Positions 10,338 to 20,200 of a stretch of DNA of 24,000 bases are shown in pieces (positions within the stretch are counted from its first letter, which is position 1; the number at the start of each line of letters is the position of its first letter). The notes under the pieces were generated by a model that was not told where the DNA came from, searched no databases, and saw nothing but the letters and a program-made list of their open reading frames with translations. The stretch covers positions 1,385,666-1,409,665 of the forward strand of contig CP130740.1 in NCBI GenBank assembly GCA_031222025.1, given 5' to 3'. This DNA comes from Eubacteriaceae bacterium ES2 (GTDB lineage Bacteria; Bacillota; Clostridia; Eubacteriales; Eubacteriaceae). A program made the position numbers and the translations under genes.

Positions 10338-12851
10338 ATGAGTGAGACGATTAATAAAAGAATGATAAATCAGATGCCGATTGCCTATGCCTATCATCAT
10401 GTTCTTTTGAATGATAAAGGCGTACCGATTGATTATGAATTTCTTGAAGTGAACACTGCTTTTGAAAAATTCACAGGACTTAAGGCAAAGAATATTATTG
10501 GACGAAAAGCAACTGAAGTGATCGATGACATCGAAAATGATGATTTCGATTGGATTAGTGAATATGGAAAAATTGCCCTTGAAGGAGGCTTATATGAGAT
10601 TGAACAGTATTCAGGTGCATTTGACAAATGGTATCAAATTCAGGTTGTTTCCGATGAACGATTTTATTTTGCCACTTATTTTACAGACATCACTGAGTTT
10701 CACAGTCAGGTAAATGATTATAAAGTTTTATTAAATTCGCTTAACGATGCAGTTTTTGAGGTGAATGATCAACTGGTATTTGAAAAAGTCTTTGCGCCTG
10801 ACGAATCAATTTTGCTTTTTCCTAAAGAGTTGATTATTGGGAAAAGGATCAGTGATTTATTTGATGGCACCCTGCTGGAGGATTTTCTTGAGGTCTTTCA
10901 AAAGGCAAAAAAGACAAATGAAATGCAAAGCTATGAATATTCCCTTTTGATTGATAATCAAAAAAAATGGTATCAAATGAACGTACGAGCTCTTAAAATA
11001 AATCAATTGGAGAAATTTGTTATCAGCCTGATAGATATCACTGATAAAATACAAGCATTAGAGGAATTGACGCAAAAAACTAATGAATTGGAGCGGTTTT
11101 TTTCTATTAATTTGGATTTGCTCTGCATTGCCAATACCAAGGGTGAGTTTTTAAAAGTCAATAAAGCCTGGGAGGAAACTTTGGGCTATACTGCTGATGA
11201 ATTGGAAGGACGATCTTATTTCGATTTTGTTCATCCTGATGATTTAGAAGAGACGATTAAGGCGACAAATTTACTCGAAGATCAGAATATAATTGATAAC
11301 TTTGTTAACCGCTTTAGAATTTTCAATGGATCTTACAAGTACATAGAGTGGAAAAGCCGGGCGTATGAAGATGTTATCTATGCGGCGGCCAGAGATATAA
11401 CGGAAAAGAGCGAGATGGAAGAGCAACTGTTTCTGGAAAAGGAAAAATATCAATCGACCCTTTTTTCGATTGGCGATGGCGTTATTGCGGTTAATAATCT
11501 GCAGAAAATCACTTTAATGAACAAAGTGGCAGAAGAATTAACGGGCTGGAAACAGGATGATGCAATTCACCGACCTTTTAAAGAGGTTGTTCAATTGATT
11601 CACGAAAAGAATCGCACACCTGTTGATGATCCTGTCGAAAAAGTGCTGAAAACCGGAGCAACGGCAAAGATGGAAAATCATACAGTCCTAATCAGAAAAG
11701 ACCGGACTGAAATTGCCATTGAAGACAGTGCGGCACCAATTCATGACAGCAATCGAAATATTCGGGGAGCTGTGCTTGTTTTTCATGATGTTACCCAAAA
11801 GCGTAAATCTCAGAGTGAAATTCTTTATTTAAGCTATCATGATTTTTTGACGGGCTTATATAATCGGCGTTATTTTGAGGAAGAGGCAGAGCGTTTAGAT
11901 CATGCTGGCAATTTGCCTCTTTCAGTTCTAATGTTGGATGTTAATGGTCTTAAACTGACTAATGACGCTTTTGGTCATAGAACAGGTGATGCACTGCTTA
12001 AAAAAGTAGCGGAAATAATTAAGAAAAATGCTCGTATGGGTGACCTGATCGCTAGATTAGGTGGCGATGAATTTGCTGTGCTGTTACCAAAAACGAATAA
12101 GAAAGAAGCGATGATGATCGGCCAAAGAATTCTAAAATACACCGAATTAAATACAGTTGGTTCGGTTATTATTTCAGTAGCTATTGGACAAGCGACCAGA
12201 GTTGCAATGAATCAGAGTTTTGAAGAAACTGTCAAAATCGCAGAAAATATGATGTATAAAAACAAGGTTCAATCAAGTCGACTAATGAGAGATCAAACGA
12301 TTATTCTAATTCAGGAAACTTTAAATAAAAAAAGTGACATGGAACGAATTCACTCGCAGCGCGTGGGGAGAATTGCTAAATATTTAGGGGAAGCAATGAA
12401 TTTAACGATCGAACAAGTAAAAATGTTAGAGACTATCGGTTTACTTCATGATCTGGGTAAAATTATCGTACCAGAGGAGATATTAAAAAAAGAAGGAAAA
12501 CTCAGTGAAAAGGAATATAGTATCATGAAAAACCATGCGGAGACAGGTTATCAGATCTTAAAATCTGTTGAGGAGTATGTTCCGATAGCCGAAATAGTTT
12601 TGTCCCATCATGAATGGTGGGATGGAACAGGATATCCGAGAAACTTAAGCGGTCTCGATATTCCTTTCTTTTCGAGAATTATCCAGGTGGCAGATGCATA
12701 TGAGGCAATGACAGCTGACAGACCCTATCAGAAAGCCTTTAATAAGGACGAAGCTATCAAAGAACTTAAGGCTCTTTCAGGTATTCAGTTTGATCCTAAG
12801 ATTGTTGATATTTTGGTTGAAAAGGTATTGATAAAATCATTTGATGAATAA
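10338..12851 (+). CDS. Multi-PAS sensor with GGDEF and HD-GYP domains
   Basis: Several PAS-like repeats (e.g. INLDLLCIANTKGEFLKVNKAWEETLGY and FSIGDGVIAVNNLQKITLMNKVAEELTGW), ARLGGDEFAVLLP, then HDLGKIIVPEEIL and HHEWWDGTGYPRNLSGLDIP. Confidence 0.92.
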   Translation: MSETINKRMINQMPIAYAYHHVLLNDKGVPIDYEFLEVNTAFEKFTGLKAKNIIGRKATEVIDDIENDDFDWISEYGKIALEGGLYEIEQYSGAFDKWYQIQVVSDERFYFATYFTDITEFHSQVNDYKVLLNSLNDAVFEVNDQLVFEKVFAPDESILLFPKELIIGKRISDLFDGTLLEDFLEVFQKAKKTNEMQSYEYSLLIDNQKKWYQMNVRALKINQLEKFVISLIDITDKIQALEELTQKTNELERFFSINLDLLCIANTKGEFLKVNKAWEETLGYTADELEGRSYFDFVHPDDLEETIKATNLLEDQNIIDNFVNRFRIFNGSYKYIEWKSRAYEDVIYAAARDITEKSEMEEQLFLEKEKYQSTLFSIGDGVIAVNNLQKITLMNKVAEELTGWKQDDAIHRPFKEVVQLIHEKNRTPVDDPVEKVLKTGATAKMENHTVLIRKDRTEIAIEDSAAPIHDSNRNIRGAVLVFHDVTQKRKSQSEILYLSYHDFLTGLYNRRYFEEEAERLDHAGNLPLSVLMLDVNGLKLTNDAFGHRTGDALLKKVAEIIKKNARMGDLIARLGGDEFAVLLPKTNKKEAMMIGQRILKYTELNTVGSVIISVAIGQATRVAMNQSFEETVKIAENMMYKNKVQSSRLMRDQTIILIQETLNKKSDMERIHSQRVGRIAKYLGEAMNLTIEQVKMLETIGLLHDLGKIIVPEEILKKEGKLSEKEYSIMKNHAETGYQILKSVEEYVPIAEIVLSHHEWWDGTGYPRNLSGLDIPFFSRIIQVADAYEAMTADRPYQKAFNKDEAIKELKALSGIQFDPKIVDILVEKVLIKSFDE

Positions 12852-12871
12852 AAAATTGAGAAGGATAAAAG

Positions 12872-13429
12872 ATGAAAATTATTTGCTTCGGAGATAGTTT
12901 GACTTTTGGTCATGGTCTGGCATCAAAAGACAAATGGCACGCCATTGTCGCAAGAAAAACCGGTCTTGAAATGTTTAATCGCGGTGTAAGTGGAAACACA
13001 ACATCTGAAATGCTGGTGCGTTTTAATCGTCAAGTTCTTTTGATGAAACCGGATGCTGTGATTATTATGGGTGGGTATAATGATATTTTTTTTGAAGGAA
13101 GTTATCAATCAGCGCAAAAGAACATTGAACTCATGATTGATAAGGGAGAAAAAAAAGGAATCAAGGTGATTGTTGCGGTACCGCCACCGATTAAACCGCC
13201 AATTCCGTTTTTTGAAACGATTGATCAGGAAAATTTCAATGTAAGTATAGTAAATGATTACCTGGACTGGTTAAAAATGTTTGTAAAAAAACGGAATCTT
13301 CAATCAATTGACTTTACTTTTGGAATAGATTGGATGAGACAGGATCTTTATATCGATGGGGTACACCCAAATGTGATGGGAAATGAATTGATGGCTCAGA
13401 AAGTAATAGCGTTTTTTTCAAAAATATAA
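12872..13429 (+). CDS. SGNH/GDSL-family lipase/esterase
   Basis: FGDSLTFGHG, GVSGNTT, GGYNDI and DGVHPNVMGNELMA blocks. Confidence 0.9.
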   Translation: MKIICFGDSLTFGHGLASKDKWHAIVARKTGLEMFNRGVSGNTTSEMLVRFNRQVLLMKPDAVIIMGGYNDIFFEGSYQSAQKNIELMIDKGEKKGIKVIVAVPPPIKPPIPFFETIDQENFNVSIVNDYLDWLKMFVKKRNLQSIDFTFGIDWMRQDLYIDGVHPNVMGNELMAQKVIAFFSKI

Positions 13430-13437
13430 AATTACAA

Positions 13438-13465
13438 GGTTGTGGGTGGAGTCCGCAACTTTTTT
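13438..13465 (+). terminator. Rho-independent terminator
   Basis: GGTTGTGG...CCGCAAC followed by TTTTTT, just after the SGNH hydrolase stop codon. Confidence 0.65.
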
Positions 13466-13536
13466 AATGGCAGTAACTGGGAGTATTATGGAAAATGATA
13501 TTAAAGTGATGAAAATATTTCGAGAGGAGAAACAAC

Positions 13537-14865
13537 TTGAACGAAAAGCCGTTAATAGGTTTACTGATTTTACAATTAATATTTATTTTGTTAAATGCGG
13601 TTTTTGCCGGAGCTGAAATTGCCGTCATTACTTTTAATGACAAGAAACTAAAAAAACTGGCTATTGGCGGTGATAAAAGAGCCATTAGGCTTCTAAGATT
13701 GATTGAAGAACCGGCCGGCTTTCTGGCCACTATTCAGGTAGGAATCACACTTGTAAATTTATTAAGCAGTGCGGTTGCCACAGATAACTTTTCGAACCGT
13801 TTGCAGGAATGGTTTTTAAGGATGGGTTTAAATATATCTGAACCAGTACTAAATGCATTATCAATGGTTGTGATCACCATACTGTTAACCTATTTTACAG
13901 TTTTGCTTGGAGAACTGGTTCCTAAACGTTTGGCGATGAAGAAAGCTGAATCGGTAGCCTTGGCTATGTCAGGATTGATTTATGTTGTTGCAAAAATTTT
14001 CAAACCGGCAGTTTGGCTTTTTACTGTTTCTACGGATGGTTTATTAAGATTACTGAGAATTGATATTAATAATGAAGAAGAGGAAAATGTTGAAGAAGAA
14101 ATTCGGATGATCTTAGATGCTGGAAAACAAAAAGGGATCATTGAACCAGATGAAGAAAGAATGATACAGCGGGTATTCGAATTCGATGATATTAAGATTG
14201 AGGAAATAATGACCCATCGTACTCAAATTATAATTTTATGGATGGATGAATCAGATGAAAAATGGGAGCAAAAGATCCTCGGGTCACGACATACCAATTT
14301 TCCAATATGTCAAGAATCTCATGATCAGGTCGAGGGGGTTCTTTTTACCAAAGATTATTTTAGAATGAAAGAGCGAAACAGAGAAAATGTTTTAATGAAA
14401 GCGGTCAAACCGGCAGTATTTGTACCTGAGACTATTCATGCAGATGTGGTATTCAGAAATATGCAGAAAAGTCGTAATCACTTTGCCATTGCAGTGGATG
14501 AGTATGGTGGCATGAGTGGCGTCATTACAATGAATGATCTGCTGGAACAATTAGTGGGCAGCCTTGATGACAGGCGTGTTTTTTCTGATGAATTGCCAAT
14601 GATTCAAAAAATTGACGAAAATACCTGGCGAATCCATGGGGCTTGTGATCTTGACGAAGTGGCGAATCAGCTGGCAATTACTTTTTCTGATGAACATTTC
14701 AATACCTTTGGCGGTTGGGTTTTTAATAGATTGGGTATTATTCCTGAAGATGGTAGTACTCCGGAAATTCAATATAACGGTTTTAACATTATGGTGACAA
14801 AATTGAAAGAACATCGACTCATCAGTGCAGTTGTTAACAGGATAGAAAATGAGCGACAGAAATAG
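13537..14865 (+). CDS. CorC/TlyC (hemolysin C)-family membrane protein with DUF21, CBS pair and CorC_HlyC domains
   Basis: TTG start preceded by GAGAGGAGA. EEIRMILDAGKQKGIIEPDEERMIQRVFEFDDIKIEEIMTHRTQI and FAIAVDEYGGMSGVITMNDLLEQLVG are typical. Confidence 0.9.
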   Translation: MNEKPLIGLLILQLIFILLNAVFAGAEIAVITFNDKKLKKLAIGGDKRAIRLLRLIEEPAGFLATIQVGITLVNLLSSAVATDNFSNRLQEWFLRMGLNISEPVLNALSMVVITILLTYFTVLLGELVPKRLAMKKAESVALAMSGLIYVVAKIFKPAVWLFTVSTDGLLRLLRIDINNEEEENVEEEIRMILDAGKQKGIIEPDEERMIQRVFEFDDIKIEEIMTHRTQIIILWMDESDEKWEQKILGSRHTNFPICQESHDQVEGVLFTKDYFRMKERNRENVLMKAVKPAVFVPETIHADVVFRNMQKSRNHFAIAVDEYGGMSGVITMNDLLEQLVGSLDDRRVFSDELPMIQKIDENTWRIHGACDLDEVANQLAITFSDEHFNTFGGWVFNRLGIIPEDGSTPEIQYNGFNIMVTKLKEHRLISAVVNRIENERQK

Positions 14866-15034
14866 ATGCTTAGATGTTGCTCACAACTAAGTCATATGTA
14901 ACAGAAAAAAATATAAAAATGAATATCCATTGTAATTAAGGGGATATTATTAAGAAATGAATTAATATAGTCTATTTTTAGTTCAAATGTAAATGTTGTA
15001 TTTCTGCGAATTTAATTTAAAAGGAGAAGAAACG

Positions 15035-15829
15035 ATGCCTCTGGAAGATGATAAGTTAAAAGCTCAGTTATTGGAACAAATACCTGTACCGGTCATGGCC
15101 GTTGATTGCAATCTGAAGATTATTTATATTAATGAAGCTGGTAAAAAAATGCTCAATAAGGGGCATGAGCAATTAATTGGATGCTCTTGTCATGAAATTG
15201 TTAATTCGGAACAGTGCGGGACACCAGAGTGTAATATGTTAAAGGTTCAAAAAACTGGTAAACAAATAACAGCTCGAAGCTTGATTATGGTTAATCATAT
15301 AAAAACACCAATTGAATATACAAGTGTACCATTTAAAAATGAAAAGGGTGAAATTATTGGAGGCCTGGAGTTTTTTATGGACATTACTGAACGTGTTAAT
15401 TATGAAAATCGTTTAAAAGAACAAAGTCACACAATTCGAGAGATGTCAACACCGACCATAAAATTGTGGGATGGTGTAATGGTTTTACCGGTTGTAGGTG
15501 TTATCGATTCAATGCGTGCCCAGCATATGATGGACAGTATACTCAATAAAATTGCCGAAACATATACGAAGGTTATTATTCTTGATATTCATGGAGTTGC
15601 TGCTGTGGACACGGCGGTGGCAAATCATTTAATAAAAATCACTAAGGCAACGAAACTGATGGGGTGCGAGTGCATTCTGTCAGGCATTTCACCTGCAGTA
15701 GCGCAAACAATTATTCAATTGGGAATAGATATGGGAACCATCCAAACAAAGGCAACCTTGAGCGATGCACTTAGTGAAGCGTTTATTATGCTTGATCTGG
15801 AAGTGTGTGCAATAAAGGATGGAAGATGA
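15035..15829 (+). CDS. rsbR: Stressosome RsbR-like protein with N-terminal PAS and C-terminal STAS domain
   Basis: RBS AAGGAG before ATG 15035, so the track start at 14993 is probably too early. PAS region PVPVMAVDCNLKIIYINEAGKKML; RsbR-type STAS VVVGVIDSMRAQ-like block, VIILDIHGVAAVDTAVANHLIKITKATKLMGCECILSGISPAVAQTIIQLGIDM. Confidence 0.85.
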   Translation: MPLEDDKLKAQLLEQIPVPVMAVDCNLKIIYINEAGKKMLNKGHEQLIGCSCHEIVNSEQCGTPECNMLKVQKTGKQITARSLIMVNHIKTPIEYTSVPFKNEKGEIIGGLEFFMDITERVNYENRLKEQSHTIREMSTPTIKLWDGVMVLPVVGVIDSMRAQHMMDSILNKIAETYTKVIILDIHGVAAVDTAVANHLIKITKATKLMGCECILSGISPAVAQTIIQLGIDMGTIQTKATLSDALSEAFIMLDLEVCAIKDGR

Positions 15830-16221
15830 AAGAAAGATACTTTTATAACCACCGTTTACATAAACGTTTAACAGAAGATCTGTCAGATTTTGTACTTGAA
15901 GAAATTAAAAAACAAATATTCGAAAAAGTGAATGGAGAGAATATAAAAGAATTGATATTTGATTTTGAAGATGTGAATGTCATGGACTCCTTTACATATA
16001 ATAGTTTAGATCGCATAACAAGTGAACTCAAATTAATGGGTGTTGAAGTGGTATGGGTTGGACTAAAGCCGTGCTTAATAGCAGGACTAATAGAATTGGA
16101 GGTTGAAATCAATCCATTGATTCATGTTGAGAAAAATTTAAATATGGGCAACCTTTATTTAGATCAAATTGGAAATGAGAGAAATAAGCATGCCAGATCC
16201 CAAAGAGGAAAATCCTCGTGA
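15826..16221 (+). CDS. rsbS: Single-domain STAS protein, RsbS-like stressosome scaffold
   Basis: ATGA overlap with the rsbR-like stop. STAS core ELIFDFEDVNVMDSFTYNSLDRITSELKLMGVEVVWVGLKPCLIAGLIEL; immediately followed by the rsbT-like gene. Confidence 0.72.
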   Translation: MKERYFYNHRLHKRLTEDLSDFVLEEIKKQIFEKVNGENIKELIFDFEDVNVMDSFTYNSLDRITSELKLMGVEVVWVGLKPCLIAGLIELEVEINPLIHVEKNLNMGNLYLDQIGNERNKHARSQRGKSS

Positions 16222-16651
16222 ACAATCGAATTATGAAATACTAGAGACGCGTAAACATATTCTTGAATGGAATTACGATCATGAGAATGTTGTTTACAGT
16301 GTCATTGAAATGGCTCGAAAAACCGGTTTCAATCAACAGCAAAGTGTGATGATTTCGACTGCGGCTTCGGAGTTATCAACGAATATATTAAGATATGCCA
16401 ATTCCGGTAAAATACAGATCAGTATCATTAGAGATAGTCATATACAACGTATGGGAATTAAAATAGTAGCGACAGACAGGGGACCGGGAATCAGTGATCT
16501 AAAAAAGGTAATGGAGGAAAATTACAGTACTTTTCCCGGAAGCCTTGGGTTAGGATTGCCCAGTGTTAAACACATAATGGATCAGTTTTGGATTGAATCA
16601 GAGCTAGGTGCTGGGACACGTGTAGAAATATTAAAATGGTTGGAAAAATGA
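16190..16651 (+). CDS. rsbT: RsbT-like serine/threonine kinase (GHKL/HATPase_c)
   Basis: AASELSTNILRYANSGKIQI (N-box), VATDRGPGISDL (G1 box), SLGLGLPSVKHIMDQFWIESELGAGTRVEILKW. Overlaps the rsbS-like 3' end; start could also be 16175 or 16169. Confidence 0.85.
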   Translation: MPDPKEENPREQSNYEILETRKHILEWNYDHENVVYSVIEMARKTGFNQQQSVMISTAASELSTNILRYANSGKIQISIIRDSHIQRMGIKIVATDRGPGISDLKKVMEENYSTFPGSLGLGLPSVKHIMDQFWIESELGAGTRVEILKWLEK

Positions 16652-17238
16652 CAATTGTGAACTATGCATCAGGGCTATGGCCGTTAATGGGAAGTATTGA
16701 AGAATGTGGTGATTATCCTTTGATAATTGAGTGTCAGCAAGGCGTGTTTGTAGCCATGATTGACGTGCTAGGTCATGGATTTGAAGCACGAAAAATAGCG
16801 GTTATGGCTTCGGAATACCTATTGAATCATTTGCAAAATGATTTGTTGGATCTTTTACATGGTTTGCATGATTATATTCAGGGGGAAAGAGGACTGGTCA
16901 TTCTGCTTGGATGGTGTAATCCGACTGAACAAACTTTTATATACTCGGGAATCGGTAATATTGTCGGCAGAATTTTTGGCTTTCACGATAAACGTCTGAT
17001 TCTGAGGGATGGGATTATTGGGAGTGGCATGATTCATCCGGTCATAAAGGAGTGCTCTTTTACAACTAGAGATTTAATGCTCATACATACTGATGGAATA
17101 AAGGAACATTTCAATCAATTTGAATATCCTGAGCTTTTGGCAAAAGATCCTCAAGCTGTAGCAAGTGGGCTGATTGATCAACTCAGAAAAGAAACGGATG
17201 ACGCGGGATGCATTGTATTTCGCTATGAAGATTTTTGA
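16648..17238 (+). CDS. rsbX: RsbX-like PP2C/SpoIIE-type phosphatase
   Basis: ATGA overlap with the rsbT-like stop. Motifs VAMIDVLGHGFEARKIA, YSGIGNI, LMLIHTDGIKE and DDAGCIVFRYE. Confidence 0.78.
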   Translation: MTIVNYASGLWPLMGSIEECGDYPLIIECQQGVFVAMIDVLGHGFEARKIAVMASEYLLNHLQNDLLDLLHGLHDYIQGERGLVILLGWCNPTEQTFIYSGIGNIVGRIFGFHDKRLILRDGIIGSGMIHPVIKECSFTTRDLMLIHTDGIKEHFNQFEYPELLAKDPQAVASGLIDQLRKETDDAGCIVFRYEDF

Positions 17239-17259
17239 TGTTTTATGGGGAGTGTTAGG

Positions 17260-20200
17260 ATGATAAAACTGGGATCAGTTAGAATAACAACTAATTTTGA
17301 GATGATTCAGATTCGCAAAAAGGTTCACATCATTGCCAGTAAACTTGGTTGTACGAATATTATCGCCGCAAGAATAGAAGCATTATTTTCGGATCTAATT
17401 AGAGAGTTATTAATGATGAATGATGCAATTGAACTTCGAGTTTTTTTGAATGACATGATTCATGAAAAGGGTATTATTTTTGAAACGGGACCTTGCAATC
17501 AATCCATTATTATTAAATCATATAATTCTAAACTGCTTTTTTTGAATTGGATTCAACTTGGAAAAGGGTTAAAACAACTTACCATTACAATTCCTTTTCG
17601 CACAATCAATCCAGAAATTAATTCAATTTTAATTCAATCTATCAAGGACGAGATTAATGCTAAATCAAAAGAAGAACTGCAAGAGGAAATAAAGAAAAAA
17701 AACGAAGAACTGTCGTCCAGCAGGGAATTTATGGAATCAGTACTTGATAATTTAAAAGCGGCAGTTTATGTTAAAAATCTGAGCGGAGAGTATACATTTC
17801 TAAATCGTCAATGGGAAGAGTATTTAAATTTTGATCGTAAAAATTGTCTGGGAAAAACGGTGGCGCAACTTGTCGGAAACACAATTGCGCAAGATCAGCA
17901 TCGTCAGGATATGGCGGTTATAAAAAACAGAAATATTGAAGTTATCGAAGAAAAACTATCGTATCGGGGGACTGAACTGACATTATTGACAACAAAAGTG
18001 CCGATGTATATAAACGAAGAAATGATTGGTATTTGTAGTATTTCTACTGATATCTCGAAACGTATCCAGATGGAAGAGGAATTAATTGAAGCGAAGTTAC
18101 TTGCTGAAGAAGCTGCTGAATCAAAAAGTAATTTTTTAGCAAACATGAGCCATGAGATTAGAACACCAATGAACGCTATTTTAGGAATGAGTTATCTTTT
18201 ACAAAAGACAAAACTAGACGAAAAGCAAGGCGATTATCTTGAGAAAATAAGGGGGTCGGGACAGCACTTATTGGGGATTATTAATGATATCCTTGATTTT
18301 TCGAAGATTGAAGCGGGAATGCTGGATGTTGAGGTAGTTGAATTCAGTCTTTACGATGTTCTAGATAATCTGGCTAATTGTGTAGGTGAAAAATGTCGAT
18401 CAAAAGGTCTGGAACTGATGTTCGATATTGATTCAGAAATACCCAATAAATTGAAAGGAGATCCTTTACGTGTTGGACAAATTCTAATTAATTATGTAAA
18501 TAATGCTATAAAATTTACTGAGCATGGTGAAATAATTCTAAAAATAAAAATGATAGAAAGACAGAAAGATGGATATTTTTTAAAATTTGAAGTTACTGAT
18601 ACTGGAATTGGTTTAACAGAAGAACAACAAAATAGATTATTTTCTTCTTTTCAGCAGGCAGATACATCAACAACCCGAAAATATGGCGGAACGGGTTTGG
18701 GGCTAGCAATTTCTAAAAATTTGACTGAACTGATGGGGGCAGGGTAGGTGTTGAATCTGTTTACGGTCAGGGCAGTACTTTTTGGTTTACAGTACCATTC
18801 AAAGAATCAAAAAATTCTCAGCAATCTAAGATCTCTAGTCTTATTTTACAAAACTATCGCGCTTTAGTCGTAGATGATCACGAAAATGCTCGGCTTATCA
18901 TGTCAGATATGCTAAGCTCTCTGGGTTTGGCGGTCGATCTTGCTACGGATGGATTTGAAGCAGTAAAGAAATTTAGTGATAATGACAAAAAAGGTCAAGC
19001 CTATGATTTAGTTTTTATGGATATGCAGATGCCCGGGATGAGTGGTGTTCAGACGATTGAAACAATAAAAAATCAGATTACAAAAAAAGTACCATACTTT
19101 ATTATAGTCACGGCCTATGGACGAGAAGAAGTATTTTTGAAAGCAAAGCAGATAGAAGTTGATTTGATTTTAGTTAAACCAGTTAATTTATGGGTGTTAA
19201 ATGATGTTGTACATCAGTTGCTTGAGAAAAAAGAAGAAAGATCTTTTGAAAAGAACTATCAGCAGACTGATAATTCGTTAGAAAAACAAATATCAAAAAT
19301 TGCGGGAGCTAGAATTTTATTAGTAGAAGACAATGAAATTAATCAGGAAGTTGTTTTGGAAATTCTAAAAGAGGGACAAGTAGTGGTGAAAACTGTGACT
19401 AATGGGCAGTTGGCAGTTGACGAAGCAGAAAAAAATAAATATGATATAATATTGATGGATATGCAAATGCCTGTTATGGATGGTCTTGAGGCAACAGAAC
19501 GTATCCGTGCAAAAGTTTCTGGGGCCACAGTGCCCATAATAGCAATGACCGCTAATGCGATGCGTGGAGACCGAGAGCGTTGTCTTCAGGCTGGTATGAA
19601 TGGTTATTTGTCGAAACCCATTGATCCTGTTCAGTTGTTTGAAACGCTCTTAAAATGGATTAAGCCTGAAGAAAATTCTAGACCTGTTTCTGTTAAGCCA
19701 GAAGAAACTGACGTTCAGCTGATAAAAATTGAAGGATTGGACATGGAAACAGGTATTAATAGAATTATGGGAAAGAAGAAGTCTTATATAAAATTGTTGA
19801 AAAAATTTGCTGACGGACAGAAAAAGACGGGATCAGAAATAGAAAGTGCAATTGATCAGGGTGATTTCACAAAAGCGGCAAGATTAATTCATTCATTAAA
19901 AGGGGTAGCTGGTAATATTGGGGCGACACGGGTGGCCAAAAAAGCAGAATCGCTAGAAACTGCTATTCGTGAGCAGCCGGGAAAGGCAACACTAAAACCA
20001 CTGATTGAGGAACTGTCCAAGGAATTAGACCAACTGATTGTATTAATTAAATTAAATTATAATGATGAAAGTGAAAAGCTTTCACACGAAAATGAGGTGA
20101 ATGTAAGCGATGAAATTATCATCTTTCTGGAAACCCTGATACCCTACTTAAAAGCACGTAAACCAAAACCTTGCGCAGAACTAATTGAAGAAAAATGGAA

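Noticed and set aside
14922-14947. Small inverted repeat AATATCC-N12-GGATATT upstream of the stressosome operon as an operator
   Set aside because: Only 7 bp and AT-rich, so expected by chance. No regulator or promoter alignment supports it.
18735-18745. Canonical programmed -1 frameshift site
   Set aside because: P-site GGG could re-pair in -1, but the A-site codon GCA would have to become GGC, so this is not an X-XXY-YYZ heptamer, and I saw no clear downstream pseudoknot. A sequencing error or ordinary mutation is more likely.
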